A stretch of DNA of 64,000 nucleotides, taken from the NCBI RefSeq assembly GCF_009914755.1, contig NC_060933.1, one strand, 5' to 3'. The stretch is from the human T2T-CHM13v2.0 reference genome, Homo sapiens. Each line of letters opens with the position of its first letter. The first letter of the stretch is position 1. Made by a program: the position numbers and the translations under genes. A model generated the notes under the pieces. That model saw nothing but the letters and a program-made list of their open reading frames with translations. It had not been told where the DNA came from and made no database searches. Of the stretch, positions 1-18,089 are shown piece by piece.

Positions 1-336
<336 letters not shown>

Positions 337-2410
337 CTAAATTTAAAAACTGACAGAAAAGGGATTCAAAATAATGTTCTTAAAGAAGTGCAACAAGATA
401 CAAGAAAATACAGATAGACAATGCAATGAAATCAGAAATGCAATTGACAATATGAATGAAAAATTCAACAAAGAGATAGGAATCATAAAAAAAGAACCAA
501 GCAGATATCCTGCAGCTGACAAATTGAATGAATGAAATTAAAAATAAAAACTAACAATAGAGAGCTTCAGCAGTGAGTCTGATCAAGCAGAAGAAAAAAG
601 AAATCTCTGAACTTGAAGATAGGTCATTTGAAATTAGTAAGAGGGAAAGAAAAGAAATAATTAAAAAGAGTGAAGAAAAGCCTTCAAGAATTATGGAGCA
701 TGATTAAGCAAAAAAATATTTTATGGGTGTCTAGAAGGAAAAGAGAAGGGAAAAGGTATAGAAAATCTATTTAATAAAGTAATAGCTGGAAAATTCCCAA
801 GTCTGGGGAGAGATGTGGACATCCAAATCCAAGAAGCTCAACAGTCCCCCAATAGATTCAACCAAAAAGGTTCTCCCCGGGACATGTTATGGTCAAACTG
901 TCAAAAGTCAAAGAGAAGAGAAAATTCTAAAAACAGCAAGAGAAAAGCATCAAGTCACATATAACAGAATCCCCCGTTAGACTGAAAGCAGATTTCTCTG
1001 CAGAAATTTTATAGACCAGGAGAGAATGGAATGGAATGGTATATTCAGAGTGGTAAAAGGAAAACAAAAAACAAACTGTCAGTCAAGAATACTATACCCA
1101 GCAAAGCTATCCTTCAGAAATGAGGGAGAAATAAAGTCTTTCCCAGACAAGCAAGAAGTGAGGGAATTCATCACCACTAGACCAGCCTTACAAGAAATAC
1201 ACAAGGGAGTCCTACATCTGGAAGCAAAGACATGATAATTACTATCGTGAAAACACACAAAAATATAAAACTCGCTGGTAGAGTGAGTTTCACAAAAGAG
1301 AAAGAGAAAATAATCAAACCTTACTATTACAGAAAACCACTAAACCGTAATGATAAATAATGAGAGGAAGAAAGGAAGAAAAGATATACAAAACAACCAG
1401 AAAACAATTAACAAAATGACAGAAGTAAGTCCTACCTATAAATGATAACCTTAAATGTAAATGGATTAAATTCCCTCACTTAAAGTATATAAACTGGCTG
1501 AATAGATTTTTTAAATGACCCAACTATATACTGCCTACAAGAAGCTCACATCATCTATAAGGACACATATAGAGTGAAAGTAAAGGGATGAAAAACATAC
1601 TCCACGTAAACAGAAACCAAATTGAGCAGGAGTGCTATACTTACATCAGACAAAGCAGGCTTTAAGTCAAAAACTCTGAAAAGAAGCCCAGTGTGGTGGT
1701 GCATACTTGTAGTCCCAGCAACTTGGGAGGCTGAGGTGGAAAGATTGCTTGAGTCCAGGAGTTCAAGGTGGTAGTGTGCTGTGATTACACCTGTGAGTAG
1801 CCACTACACTCCAGCCTGGGCAACATACCAAGACCCCATCTCTTTAAGAAAAAAAATTTTAGGGCAAGGAATGTCATTATATAATGATAAAGGAATCAAT
1901 TCAGCAAGAAAATACAACAATTGTCAATATATATGGACCCAACAGTAGAGCACCCAGACATACAAAACAAATATTATTAGATCCAAAAAGAGAGATAGAT
2001 TCCAGCACAGTGTCATTTGCGGATTTCCGTACCCTATGCTCCGCATTGAACAGATCATCTAGACAGAAAATCAACAACAAAAAACCCACATTGGCTTTAA
2101 AGTGCCTTTTAGTCCAAATGGACCTAACAGACATTTCCAGAACTTTTCATCCAACCATTGCATGGTACACATTAGCTGCTTCATCACATGGAAGATAATC
2201 TAGGAGAGATCAGATGTTAGGCCACAAAACAAGTCTCAACAAATGTAAAATAATTGAAATTGTATCAAGTATTTTTTCTAACAATAATAAAATAAAACTA
2301 GAAATCAGTAACAAGGGGAGCTTTTGAAATTGTACAAATTCATGAAAATTAACATTCTCCTGAAAGACAAATGGGCCAAGGAAGAAATTAAGAAGGCAGT
2401 TTTACAATTT

Positions 2411-3098
<688 letters not shown>

Positions 3099-3368
3099 TC
3101 ATGATAACTTGAACCAGGGGCAGGGTAGGTGGAGAAGAAACATAGCATGCCAAAACTTATGGGATACAGTAAAAGCAGTATGAAATGGGAATTTTATAGC
3201 AATAAAAGCCTACATCAGAAACACACAAAGATTTCAAATAAATGACTTAATGATGCATCTCAAGGAACTAGGAATAAAACCCAAACCAGGCCGAAAATTA
3301 GTAGAGGAACAAAAATAATAAAGATCAGAACAAGAGCAAAAAGAAACAATATTGAGATGAAAACATTA

Positions 3369-3723
<355 letters not shown>

Positions 3724-3979
3724 CTAGATTAAGCAAGAAAATATGCAAATAAATAATTCAGAAGTAAAAAAGGAGACATTACAACTAATATCATAGAAAT
3801 ACAAAGGATCATTAGTGACTATTATGAACAACTGTACACCAACACATTAGAAAACCTAGCGGAAATGGATAAATTCCTGGATGCATGGAACCCACCAAGA
3901 TTGAACCAAGGAGAAAAGAAAACCTGAACAGACCAATTACTGTAATGAGATTGAATCTGTAATTTAAAAATCTCCCATC

Positions 3980-4373
<394 letters not shown>

Positions 4374-7079
4374 CTAGAAAATTGAAGAGGAGGGAATTCT
4401 TCTAAACTCATTCTACAAGACTAGCATTACCCTAATATAAAAACCAGAGAAGGACACAGCAGAAACAGAAACAAAAACAAAAAACACTAGAAAGAAAAAG
4501 GAAACTATAGGCCAATATTTCTGATGATCGTAGATGGAAAAATTCTCAAGAAAAATAGTATTTTGTAGTAATTAGTAGTAACTGAATCCAGCAGCACATT
4601 TTAATTCACTGTGATCAAATGGGATTTATTCCTGGGATGTAAGGATGGTTCAACATAAGTAAACCAGTAATCAACATAATACATTACATCAACAGAATGA
4701 AGGACAAAAACAATATTATCATCTCAATAGACACAGAAAAAAATATTTGATAAAATTCAACATCCCTTCATAGTGAAAACTCAACAAGTTAGGTTGGAAG
4801 ATACCTCAACACAATAAAGGTTGTATATGACAAACCCACAGCCAACATCATACTGAATGGGGAAAAGATCTACAACAAGAAAGGATACCCACTTTCACAA
4901 CTTTTATTCAACATAGTACTGGAAGTTCTAGCCAGAGCAGTTATGTAAGAAAAAAAATAAGCCGCATCCAAACTGGAAAGAAGGAAGTCAAATTGTTCCT
5001 GTTTGCAGACAACATGTCTTATATATAGAAAACCCTAAAAGCTCCACCAAAAAATCCTTAGAACTCATAAAGTAATTCAGTAAAATCAATGTACAAAAAT
5101 CAGTAGTGTGTCTGTATACCAACAACAAACTAGCAGAAAAGAAATCAGTCTCATTTACAATAGTTACAAAAGAAATAACTAAGGAAGTGAAAGATCTCTA
5201 CAAAGAAAACTATAAAACATTGATGAAAGATACTGAAGAGGACACACAAAAAATAGAAAGACATTTGATGCTCATGGATTGGAAGAATTAATATTGTGAA
5301 AAGGACCATGCAGATTTAATGCAATCCCTATCAAAATACCAATGACATTCTTCATAGAAATATAAAAAAAATCCTAAAATTAATACAGAACCACAAAAGA
5401 CCCTGGATAGCTTAAATAATCTTGAGCAACAAGAAGAAAGCTGGAGGCATCACACTACCAAACTTTGAAACAGCATGGTACTGGCATAAAAACAGAAACA
5501 TAGACCAATGGAATAGAATAGAGAACTCAGAAATAAGTATTTGTATTTACAGCCAACTGATTTTTAACAAAAGCACCAAGAACATTTATTGGAGCAGGAC
5601 AGTCTCTTCAATAAACGATGGTAGGGAAACTAGATATCCACATGCAGAAAAATGCAGCTCAACCCCTATCTCTCGCTATTTACAAAAGCCAACTCAAAAT
5701 GGATCAAAGACTTAAATGTAAGACTCAAAACCATGAATCTACTAGAATAAAATACAGGGAAAACACTTCAGGATATTGGTCTGGGCAAAAATTGTATGGA
5801 GAAGACCTCAAGAGCACAGGCAACCAAAGCACAAATAGACAAATGGGGTTGCATTTCAGTAAAAAGCTTCTGCACAGCCAATGAAATAATCAACAGAGTG
5901 ACAACTTGCAGAATCAGAGAAAATATTGCAAACTATTTATCTGACAAGCTATTAATATCCAAAATATACAAGGTGAAACTCAACCCATCAGCAAAAAAAA
6001 AAAAAAAAAAAAAAAATCAGATTAATAAATGGGCAAATGAACTGAATAGACATCTCTCAAAAGAAGACATACAAATGGCCAGCTGGTATAAGAAAAAGTG
6101 CTCAACATCTCTAATCATCAGGGAAATGCAAATCAAAACCACAGTGAGATACCATCTCACCCCAGTTAGAATGGCTGTTATCAAAAACACACAAAAAAAA
6201 TAACAAATACTCATGAGAATGGAGAGAAAGGAGAACTCTTATACACTCTTGGTAGGAAGCCTCCTCAAAAAACTGAAAATAGAACTACTGTGTGTGATCT
6301 AGCAATTCCACTACTGGGTATATATCCAAACGGAGGGAAATCAATTATGTCAGAGATATCTGGGCTCTCATGTTTATTGCCATACTATTCACAGTAGCCA
6401 AGATATGGAATCAACTTAAGTGTCCATCCACACATGAATGGATTTTTAAAATATTTTCCTTATACACAATGGAATACTATTTAGCCATAAAAAGAATGAA
6501 ATTCTGCCGCTTGTGGCAACATGGATGAGCTTGGAGGTCATTATGTTAAGGTAAATAAGTCAGGCACAGAAAGATAAATATTGCATGTTCTCACTCATAT
6601 GTGGAAGCTAAAAAAAAATTGCTCTCATAGAAGTGGAGAGTGGAATAGTGGTTACTAGAGGCAGGGAAGGTTAGGAGGATGGGGGATAGCCAAAGGTTGG
6701 TGAACGGATACAAAAGTACAGCTAGACAGGTGAAATAAGTTTGAGTCTTCTGTATCACTGTAGGGTGACTATAATTAACAACAGTTTGTTGAATATTTTC
6801 AAATATTTCAAATATTTTCAAATAGGAGAGCAAATTTTGAATGCTCCCAACACAGAAATAAGTGTTTGAGGTGATGGATATGCTAATTACTGTGATTTGA
6901 TCATTACACATTTGTATACATGTATCAAAATATTATACTGTACCCCATAAATATATGCAATTATTACATGTCAATTAAAAAAATAATGAAAGCAAAACAA
7001 AAATTTATAAGAAAGAAATGGGCAAAGGGATTGAATTTAAAAAAAGGAACTGAATAAGTAAAAATAAGTAAATAGCTCC

Positions 7080-8162
7080 TATGGGGGGAACCAGCCCCCA
7101 GTATTTCAACATAGGTTCTTTTCTATTTTTCCTAAGTGTCGGCTGGTCTGAGAAATAAAGAGAAAGAGTACAAAAGAGAGAAATTTTACAGCTGGGCCTC
7201 CGGGGGTGACATCACCTATTGGTAGGTTCTGTGATGCCCCTTGAACTGCAAAACCAGCAAGTTTTTATTAGGGATTTCAAAAGGGGAGAGGGGTACAAAC
7301 AGGGAGTAAGACACAAAGAGCACATGCTTCAAAGGGCAATAAAAGATCACAAGGGCAGAGAGGCAGAGCAAGATCACAAGGCCAGGGTGAAATTAGAATT
7401 ACTGATGAGGTTCCATGTCCCACTAGGCACTCATTGTCTTGATAAACATCTTAACAGGAAACCTGGTTTGAGAGCAGACAACCGGTCTGACTAGAATTTG
7501 CCAGGCTGAAGTTTCCTAATCCCAGCAAGCCTGAGGGCACTGCAGGAGACCAGGGCGTATTTCATCCCTGGTCGTCAACCACATAAGGCACACAATCCCA
7601 GAGCAGCAGTCTGTAGGCCTACCCCTGGGAATGCATTCCTTTCCCAGGGTTATTCCTTGCTGGGAAAAGAATTCAGCAATATTTCTCCTATTCGCTTTCT
7701 GCAAGAAGAGAAATATGGCTCTGTTCTGCCCAGCCCTGCAGGCAGTCGGACCTTATAGTTATCTCCCTTGTTCCCTGAAAATCGCTGTTATCCTGTTCTT
7801 TTTTAGGATGACCAGATTTCATATCGTTCAAACACACATGTTTTACTAACAATTTGTACAGATAACGCAATCATCACAGGGTCCTGAGGTGACATACATC
7901 CTCAGCTTACGAAGATGACAGGATTAAGAGATTAAAGTAAAGACAGGCATAGGAAATTATAAGAGTATTGATTGGGGAAGTGATAAATGTCCATGAAATC
8001 GTCACAATTTATGTTCAGAGATTGCAGTAAAGACAGGCATAAGAAATTATAAAAGTATTAATTTGGGGAACTAACAAATGTCCATGAAATCTTCACAATT
8101 TATGTTCTTCTGCCGTGGCTTCAGCCGGTCCCTCCGTTCAGGGTCCCTGACTTCCTGCAACA
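7080..8162 (-). mobile_element. MER11 solo LTR (HERV-K11/HML-8)
   Basis: Minus strand starts TGTTGCAGGAAGTCAGGGACCC; internal repeated cacaatttatgttc blocks; perfect 6-bp TSD AGCTCC at 7074-7079 and 8163-8168. Confidence 0.9.
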
Positions 8163-8279
8163 AGCTCCTGCACAGCCAGTGAAATAATCAACAGAGTGAC
8201 AAGACAACTTGCAGAATCAGAGAAAATATTGCAAACTATTCATCTGACAAGTGATTAATATCCATTTCTCCAAATACAA

Positions 8280-11410
<3,131 letters not shown>

Positions 11411-11726
11411 AACCCAAATTGTTGGCCCGTAGAGTCCAAACTGTTAACTGCACGTCACGGATTTCATGGAAGGCCAGTCTGAGAGGGAAAGACAATGTGA
11501 TCACAGAGAGGAAGGGAGGGAGGGTCATGGACAGGAAACTCCGGGGCCTGAAATAGGGCAAGACACTAGCATGTGGATTCCAGAACCCCGTGAAGGCAGG
11601 AAGTCTTGGAAGTCCCATGGGGAGAGCAGATCGGGCATGTGCTGGTCAAATCAGAGTGACCCCTGCTATCCTGAGAGCTTCACACACACTGGAGAGTGGT
11701 GGGGGGCGGCGGGGAGGGCAGGCTGA

Positions 11727-11894
<168 letters not shown>

Positions 11895-14389
11895 TAAGTG
11901 AGCCGTGGTGCTCTGTGGTCCTTGGGGGTGGTCCATGCCCATAGATCTTGGGATGGGCCTGGTGGCTTCAGACATGTTTCAAGTGAGCACCCCCTCAGGT
12001 TTTGGTTTGGGGCCTAGGGATCTGTCCTGTTTCGTGTAGAGCAGCAGTGATGTCCCCTCCGAGCAGCACCTCCCTTTTCCATCTCGTGTGCCTTCGCGCA
12101 GTGGCCCGGACTGCATAAAGTGATAAGGGTCTTTTGAGACCTTGAGTTCAGTTCCTTGGGAGGTACCAGGAGTCATGGAAGGTTTTCAAGGGGCTTGTGA
12201 GACTCAGGTCTTCTGCTGAAATTTACTGTCTTCTTTCAAGGCCTGTCATGTGAGGGCTCATGGAGGGCTTGTGGGAGGGTGTGTGGAGACAGCACAGCCA
12301 TAGCGTCCTTGTGAGACTCGATGTAGGGTTTTAGGACATTCTCCCTAAGGGGCTCAGGAGTCTCCCTCTGCTCTTTCTTTTGGGGACAGGGGCCAACATG
12401 CACCTCTGTGTCCCCAGCCCAGGCTGCATATAGTGTGGGTGCTTGGTGAACTTTTTTGACAGATGAGCTACCAGGAAGGCTGTAGTGTGTTTAAGACCCT
12501 TGTCTATCATCTGTCATCGTGGGAAAGGTTTACTTGTTTCAAAGGCGAGGGGTGGTGCCTTTCCAGACAGAGGAGGAGTCGCATGAAGGGCATGGTTTGG
12601 GTCAGAAGGTGAAGCTGTTTGAGATCAGGATCCATGGGGGTCCCGTACAGCATGGCATCTCAGCAGGGCTGAGAGCTCATTCGGGAAGGAAGACAGGTCA
12701 GGCAGCATGGCTTCTCCATCTTTCTGTTTGTCCATTCCTTCCATCACTCGTTCCTCATTTACTTGCTCGCTCACTCACTCAAGCAATGTCTACTGTGGGC
12801 TGCTCCCTGCAAGGCCACTAGGCCTGCTAGCACCTCACTCACAGCGTGTGCCCGGGAAATGATCGTGGATGAGCAGCTCTCAGTGAGTGCGTAGACATCC
12901 ACCACTCCCCGTGCCCTAGGGGGATGAGGGAACCGTGGGTGCCACCGAGGCCTGCCTTCTCTCTCTGAGCTCCTCAGCCTGCCCAGGCCCCCTCGCACTC
13001 CTCTGCCCCCAGTGCCCTTACTGGGGGAGGGCCGGCAGGACGTGGTCAGACCCCTCATGGTGAGGTCCTACTGCCCACAGAGCTCCTGGGTTCTGCCTGG
13101 TTTTGCTTAAACTGCAGCTCAGCAGAGGGAGCCCTCCACAGACACAAAAGGCCTGGGAGCCCGACTAGACTTCCCCACCCTCCTTTCCACTCAGCCTCCC
13201 CGGAGCACCCCCACCTTCCTAGTGAGGATCCAGAGGGTGCTGCACGGGCCCTTCCCAGTCTGGACAAGGTCCAGAGCCACTGGCAGCATCGGGGGCCCTG
13301 GGATGGGGCCTCTCCTGTCCAGGCTCTTCCAGGCACACAGCATCTCTGTGGGTGTTTTTCATTTGAGTCGGAAATATACAGTTTTTACGCAGTGCAAAAC
13401 AGACGTAGAGATTGTCTGTGTTTCACAGTGTATATGACAATTTCCGTGGCTTGCGAGAACCCTGTCATGTCCGATGCAGCAATATGTTTGCCCTGTGATA
13501 CTTACTTCATGCTGGGAGGGACAGGCTCAGGCACATTCACACAGGACCTGTGGTCAAGTAAGCCCAGTCGACCTGGGGGAGACTGACCACATTGAAGACC
13601 TAGACCTTGTTAGGCAAAGGGCAGGAGAGACTCCAGCCGAGGCAGGATTTAGGTGAATTCTAGGCAGGTCACCCTGAATGTGTGGTTTAGAGAGTCGCTG
13701 CTTTTTCTGGGTGTATTTTTTCTGGAGGAGACTGTGTTGCAGAAAACAGAGATACTTTATAGCATGTAGTTAGTACTGAAGGGCAAAGGCAGATCAACAA
13801 AGGCCTGTGAGAGGATGACAACATTCCCCAATCTTTATGAGCTACGCCCGGGCCTTCCACAGTCAGCCGCCGGCAAGAGCAGAGGCAGGAAGAACGGGAA
13901 GTGGACTTGGGCCAGATGGCAGCTTGGTTACCATGCACAGTGGTACCATACCAAAGCCAGAGTCTCAGAGCAGGGGTCCTTAGAAGACATAGGCAGTCGG
14001 GGATGTGAGAAGTGCTTACTGAAGAGTAAACAACAGAATACAGGCCTCACCCCAGAGATAGCACGCACAAAATAACACACAAAACCTGCGGGCCTTGAGA
14101 TAGCACAGACGTGACCTGTGAGCAACACATGATTCTGCCCCCACGAGCAGCCTGGGCTCACCCTACGTAGTCCAAGATGGCCAGGACAGGCCGAGGGGCC
14201 CAGCAGAGGCAGCTGAGCAGATTGGGCCTGGATCCTGTGTCCTGAGCAGAGCACAGGGCACCTTGAGCCTTTTTGGTAGCCTCTGTGACAAACGCAGTGA
14301 TGTAGTCATTTCCCAGGGGACCACTCTATGGCTCCTCGTTCTTTGGGAGAAACTTTGAAACAACAACAAAATTTTATGAGATTTCCTGA

Positions 14390-15037
14390 GTTGTGTGTGC
14401 ACATGTGTGGTGCACAAACAGGACATGTGTGCATGTACATGGCTGTGTTGTGTGCGTGTTTGCACAGTGTGACCACATGTGCACTCTGTGCATGTGTACA
14501 TGTGTGTTGTGCACGCATGCACACAGATGTCTACATGTGTGTTTTGTGCACATGTGCATGCACAAGGCGCGCACGTGTGTGCATGTTGACGTTTGTGTGT
14601 GCACATATGATTGTATATATGTGTGCCTGTGTGTATATGTGTGCAAGTGAACTGAATGTGCGTGCATGCCTGTGTGGTTGTATGTGGATGTGTGTATGAA
14701 TGACATGTGCACCTGTGTGTGCATATGCCCATGTGTGCATGTGTGTGCCTGTGGATGTGCACATGCCCGTGTGTGCCTGTGGTGTGCACGTGTCTGTGGT
14801 GTGCACGTGCCTGTGTGTGCATGTGCCTTTGTGTGTGTGCCACCGTGGTGCGTATGTGCCTGTGTGTGCCTGTGGGTGTGCACGTGCCTGTGGTGTACTC
14901 GTGCCTGTGGTGTGCATGTGCCTGTGGTGTGCATGTGCCTGTGGTGCGCATGTGCCTGTGTGGGTGTGCATGTGTGTGCCTGTGGGTGTGCACATGTCTG
15001 TGGTGTACACGTGCCTGTGGTGCGCATGTGCCTGTGT
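14390..15037. repeat. TG/CA-rich low-complexity tract with ~17-bp GTGCATGTGCCTGTGGT-like units
   Basis: Alternating purine-pyrimidine sequence; source of His/Thr- and Cys/Val-rich spurious ORFs. Confidence 0.9.
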
Positions 15038-16385
15038 CGGTGGATTCTGAAGGCACGAAACTGTTCACCCTGGTGCTGCTTTTCCCAGCCTTCCTATTGT
15101 TGTTGCTTCAACCCTGTGGTGTGAAGCCTGGTGACTTGAGAGGAGAATTGCAGTCACACTTCTTGCAGCAATCTGGCTGCTCATTTCTGTGTCCACCCAT
15201 CTGTCTAATAACATCTCCTGGGCATCTGCCATGTGCTGGGGCAGGGGCCCAAAGGTGAAACAGGCACATGCTGTCAGAACACTCAGCCAGGCTTGGCAGT
15301 GAGACCACATGGTGACTGTAGCTCAAGGCCAGGGCATTTCTGAGGAAGGAGAGGCCATGTCTGGCCTGAAGAATGAGAGGAGGTGCCATTTGAGCTGAAC
15401 TTAAAGGAATAGGAAGGATTGAGCACTAGAGAAATAGGATGGATTGAGCTGGGGATGGGAGGTGGGGCAGAGGGAAGAGGGAGGCCAGGTGGCTTCTGTC
15501 AGGCTGGAGAGGAGAGTGCATTGCAGAGGGGCTGCAAGGAAGGCTGAGACCGTTTGAGAAAGGCATTGAAATTGGTTGAACAAGTCGCTTTGATTTTGCG
15601 TTGTAGACAGTGGGCTCAGTCCTTGCATCGAGGAGTGATGGTGTCAGGCCCACACTTTCCACCTGGGCTTGATGGGCAGGGACAGCTGGGGAGGGTGGGG
15701 GGTCTCACGTGTGTCCAGCCCCCCGTGGTGGTCCCTTGGCTGCCACAACCTTAGCAAACATCTTTGGTGAGGCCGAGGTGGGGCTTCCTGTTTCTTCCCT
15801 TTTACAGAAGGAAATTCAACATGATTTGGAGCTGATTGGACCGAGGGGGCTACACTGTAGGAGAGAGGAGCATTGGTGGTGATCCAAGGATGCCAGCCTA
15901 CGATGAGAGGAGGTCCTTAGCTGGACCAGGGCTTCCAGGGGAGGACACAGAGTGTTCAGGGAGACAGGGTCAGTCAGGAGGCAAATGGGTATGGGCCTCT
16001 GAGGTTGCTGTGATAGAGAAGCAGACCTGCCTTGCTGTGGTGGTGAGAAAGCCAGGCGTCAGAGGGTTTGGCTGACCTGGGAGGCCCAGGGAGCATCGTC
16101 ACTCAGGGAGTGAGAGGAAGAGCTGACCGAGAGGGAGGGGCAGGGCAGTGTTCTGTGTGGAGCGGCTCCTGCACACATCGGGCTCCGGAAATTTCGCTGG
16201 GGTTGCCACACCTCCCGGGGAGCTCCAAGCCCCAGTACCCCGGCGAGGTGCCACCTGTCCAGTGCACCCCTCACCTCCGCCGCCACGCCTGCGCGAGGTC
16301 GGTCTTCCCATCACAGGCTGGGCGGGCGGGAGGGTCGGGCTCCATCCTGCCTTTGTTGCCATAACCTGTGACATTTCCTTTCCAG

Positions 16386-16482
16386 TTGCCGGATTCATTA
16401 TAAGGATATGTACAGTTTGTTGCGTTGTATTGCGCCACCCGTTGGCTTAGGGAAGAACTGCCCTCGTAGGTTGGCCTACAAG
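16386..16482 (+). CDS. CACNA1B: CACNA1B mutually exclusive exon 37a
   Basis: tttccag|T...AAG|gtttgc; 97 nt, phase fits exon 36; encodes [32 protein letters not shown], paralogous to e37b; not in ORF track in this frame. Confidence 0.93.
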
Positions 16483-17992
16483 GTTTGCAACTTCAGAGCC
16501 TCCATCCAACATACTTCCCTGCCCGAAACGCACACAGCACACACTCCCTGCCTGGTTTGGGAATGACGACGCCTCACCTTTCTTTCCTCCTGTCCTGCCC
16601 CGCACTCCAGCCTCCTGGACGCTTTGGTTCCCTGTCTAATCTCCCCTGACCCTTCTAGCTGGCTGGGGACAGGCAGCCTTTTGAGAGTGCACAGAAAGCT
16701 TTCTGGTTGGGATCAGCTAGCTGGGTGGGAGATGGGGGCTAGGTCCCTCCTGCATCAAGGAAGCAGCCGACTTGCCCGGTTTTTCCTCCGAGCTCTCGAG
16801 AGTGAGCTGATGGTCAGGCCAAAGGCCGAGGGCCCCAGAGGAAGGGAGCACGGGCACAGGCCTCCCAGGAGCAGCCGTCCTCTGGGTTGGAAGAGCCCAG
16901 TAACCCAGTGGCTCTCCAGTCCCTGGGGGAGGAAAGGGCAGAGGCAGAGTGGGGGCCAAAGACAAGCCGTCCTGCTTTGCCTCTGGAGTGATGCGCTCAG
17001 CTCAGCCAAGGAGCCCCTGGTCTGGAACCGTGGGAGGAGGGCAAGGCCCCAGGGCAGATCCATCTGCCAGGAAGAGGCTGTCCCCTTTCTCTCCTGGGCC
17101 ACCTGAATCTGGCTGTGTCTCTAGGACCCCAAGCCCACAGGCAGGTGTCCCAGGGTTGGAGGTAGGCCCCAGGCCTCGTGGCCTCTCTACTTGGGAAGAC
17201 TCTGTCATCGGAGCCTTTAGGTTCCTAGATCCTGCAACCTGCCCCTTTGCTGTCAGAGCTGGTGCAAGGTGGCCCCAGGCCATGTCCTGCCAGCTCCTCC
17301 CCCCTCCCGCAGTCTCCCATTTCCCACCCAGCCCTGAGCCCCAGCAGCAGCCCTGCCCTGGGCTGGCCTCGGGCGTCTCTGGGCTTGAAGCAGGACTTGC
17401 CCCAAGGTTAGGTTTTGGCTGTACAGCTTCAGGGCTCCCTGTTTAGTTTTCTGGTTTGTTTCAGATCTTCTCCACCTTTTTAGCCTCTAGCCTCACTTGG
17501 AAGCAAATCTGACCGTGAGGAAAGCTGATGTCTCTGCCGTGGTTCTCAGCCACTGCCTCATCTGCCACCTGACCCTGCCTGCCAGCTCTTCTGGCAGGGT
17601 GGACCAGCTCTTTTCTGATTGGCATTCACTGTGATTTTTAAAAGAGTAAAATCAGAAATTATCAACCCAAAGCCGCCCCGATGCAGCCCTTCCTCACCCC
17701 TCCATGTTCATTAGCTCAGACGCCACCCCCGCCCACTGCCCCGCGTGGGGCTGGAGTGAGGAGGTGAGGCTCGGGGGTGGGGGGCCAGGAGGGGGTCAAG
17801 CCAAGCAGAGAAATCCCTCATTTTATTTATTTTGATTTTGGGCTTTGAATCCGACACTTTGATTAACTGGCTCTGTTTTCTTGTCTGCTTCCTCCCTGCC
17901 CCTACCCCGCTCCCCTCCCCGCTCCCCTCCTGCTGCCGCTCCTCCTGTGGACCACCCCACTGTGCCCTGGCCTCGCTGGGACGGGTTTCCAG

Positions 17993-18089
17993 TGGGCGCA
18001 TCAGTTACAATGACATGTTTGAGATGCTGAAACACATGTCCCCGCCTCTGGGGCTGGGGAAGAAATGCCCTGCTCGAGTTGCTTACAAG
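17993..18089 (+). CDS. CACNA1B: CACNA1B mutually exclusive exon 37b (major form)
   Basis: tttccag|T...AAG|gtagac; 97 nt; [32 protein letters not shown]. Confidence 0.97.

Noticed and set aside
14163-15258. His/Thr- and Cys/Val-rich ORFs (also 53838-54561 and 58239-58739)
   Set aside because: Artefacts of TG/CA simple repeats
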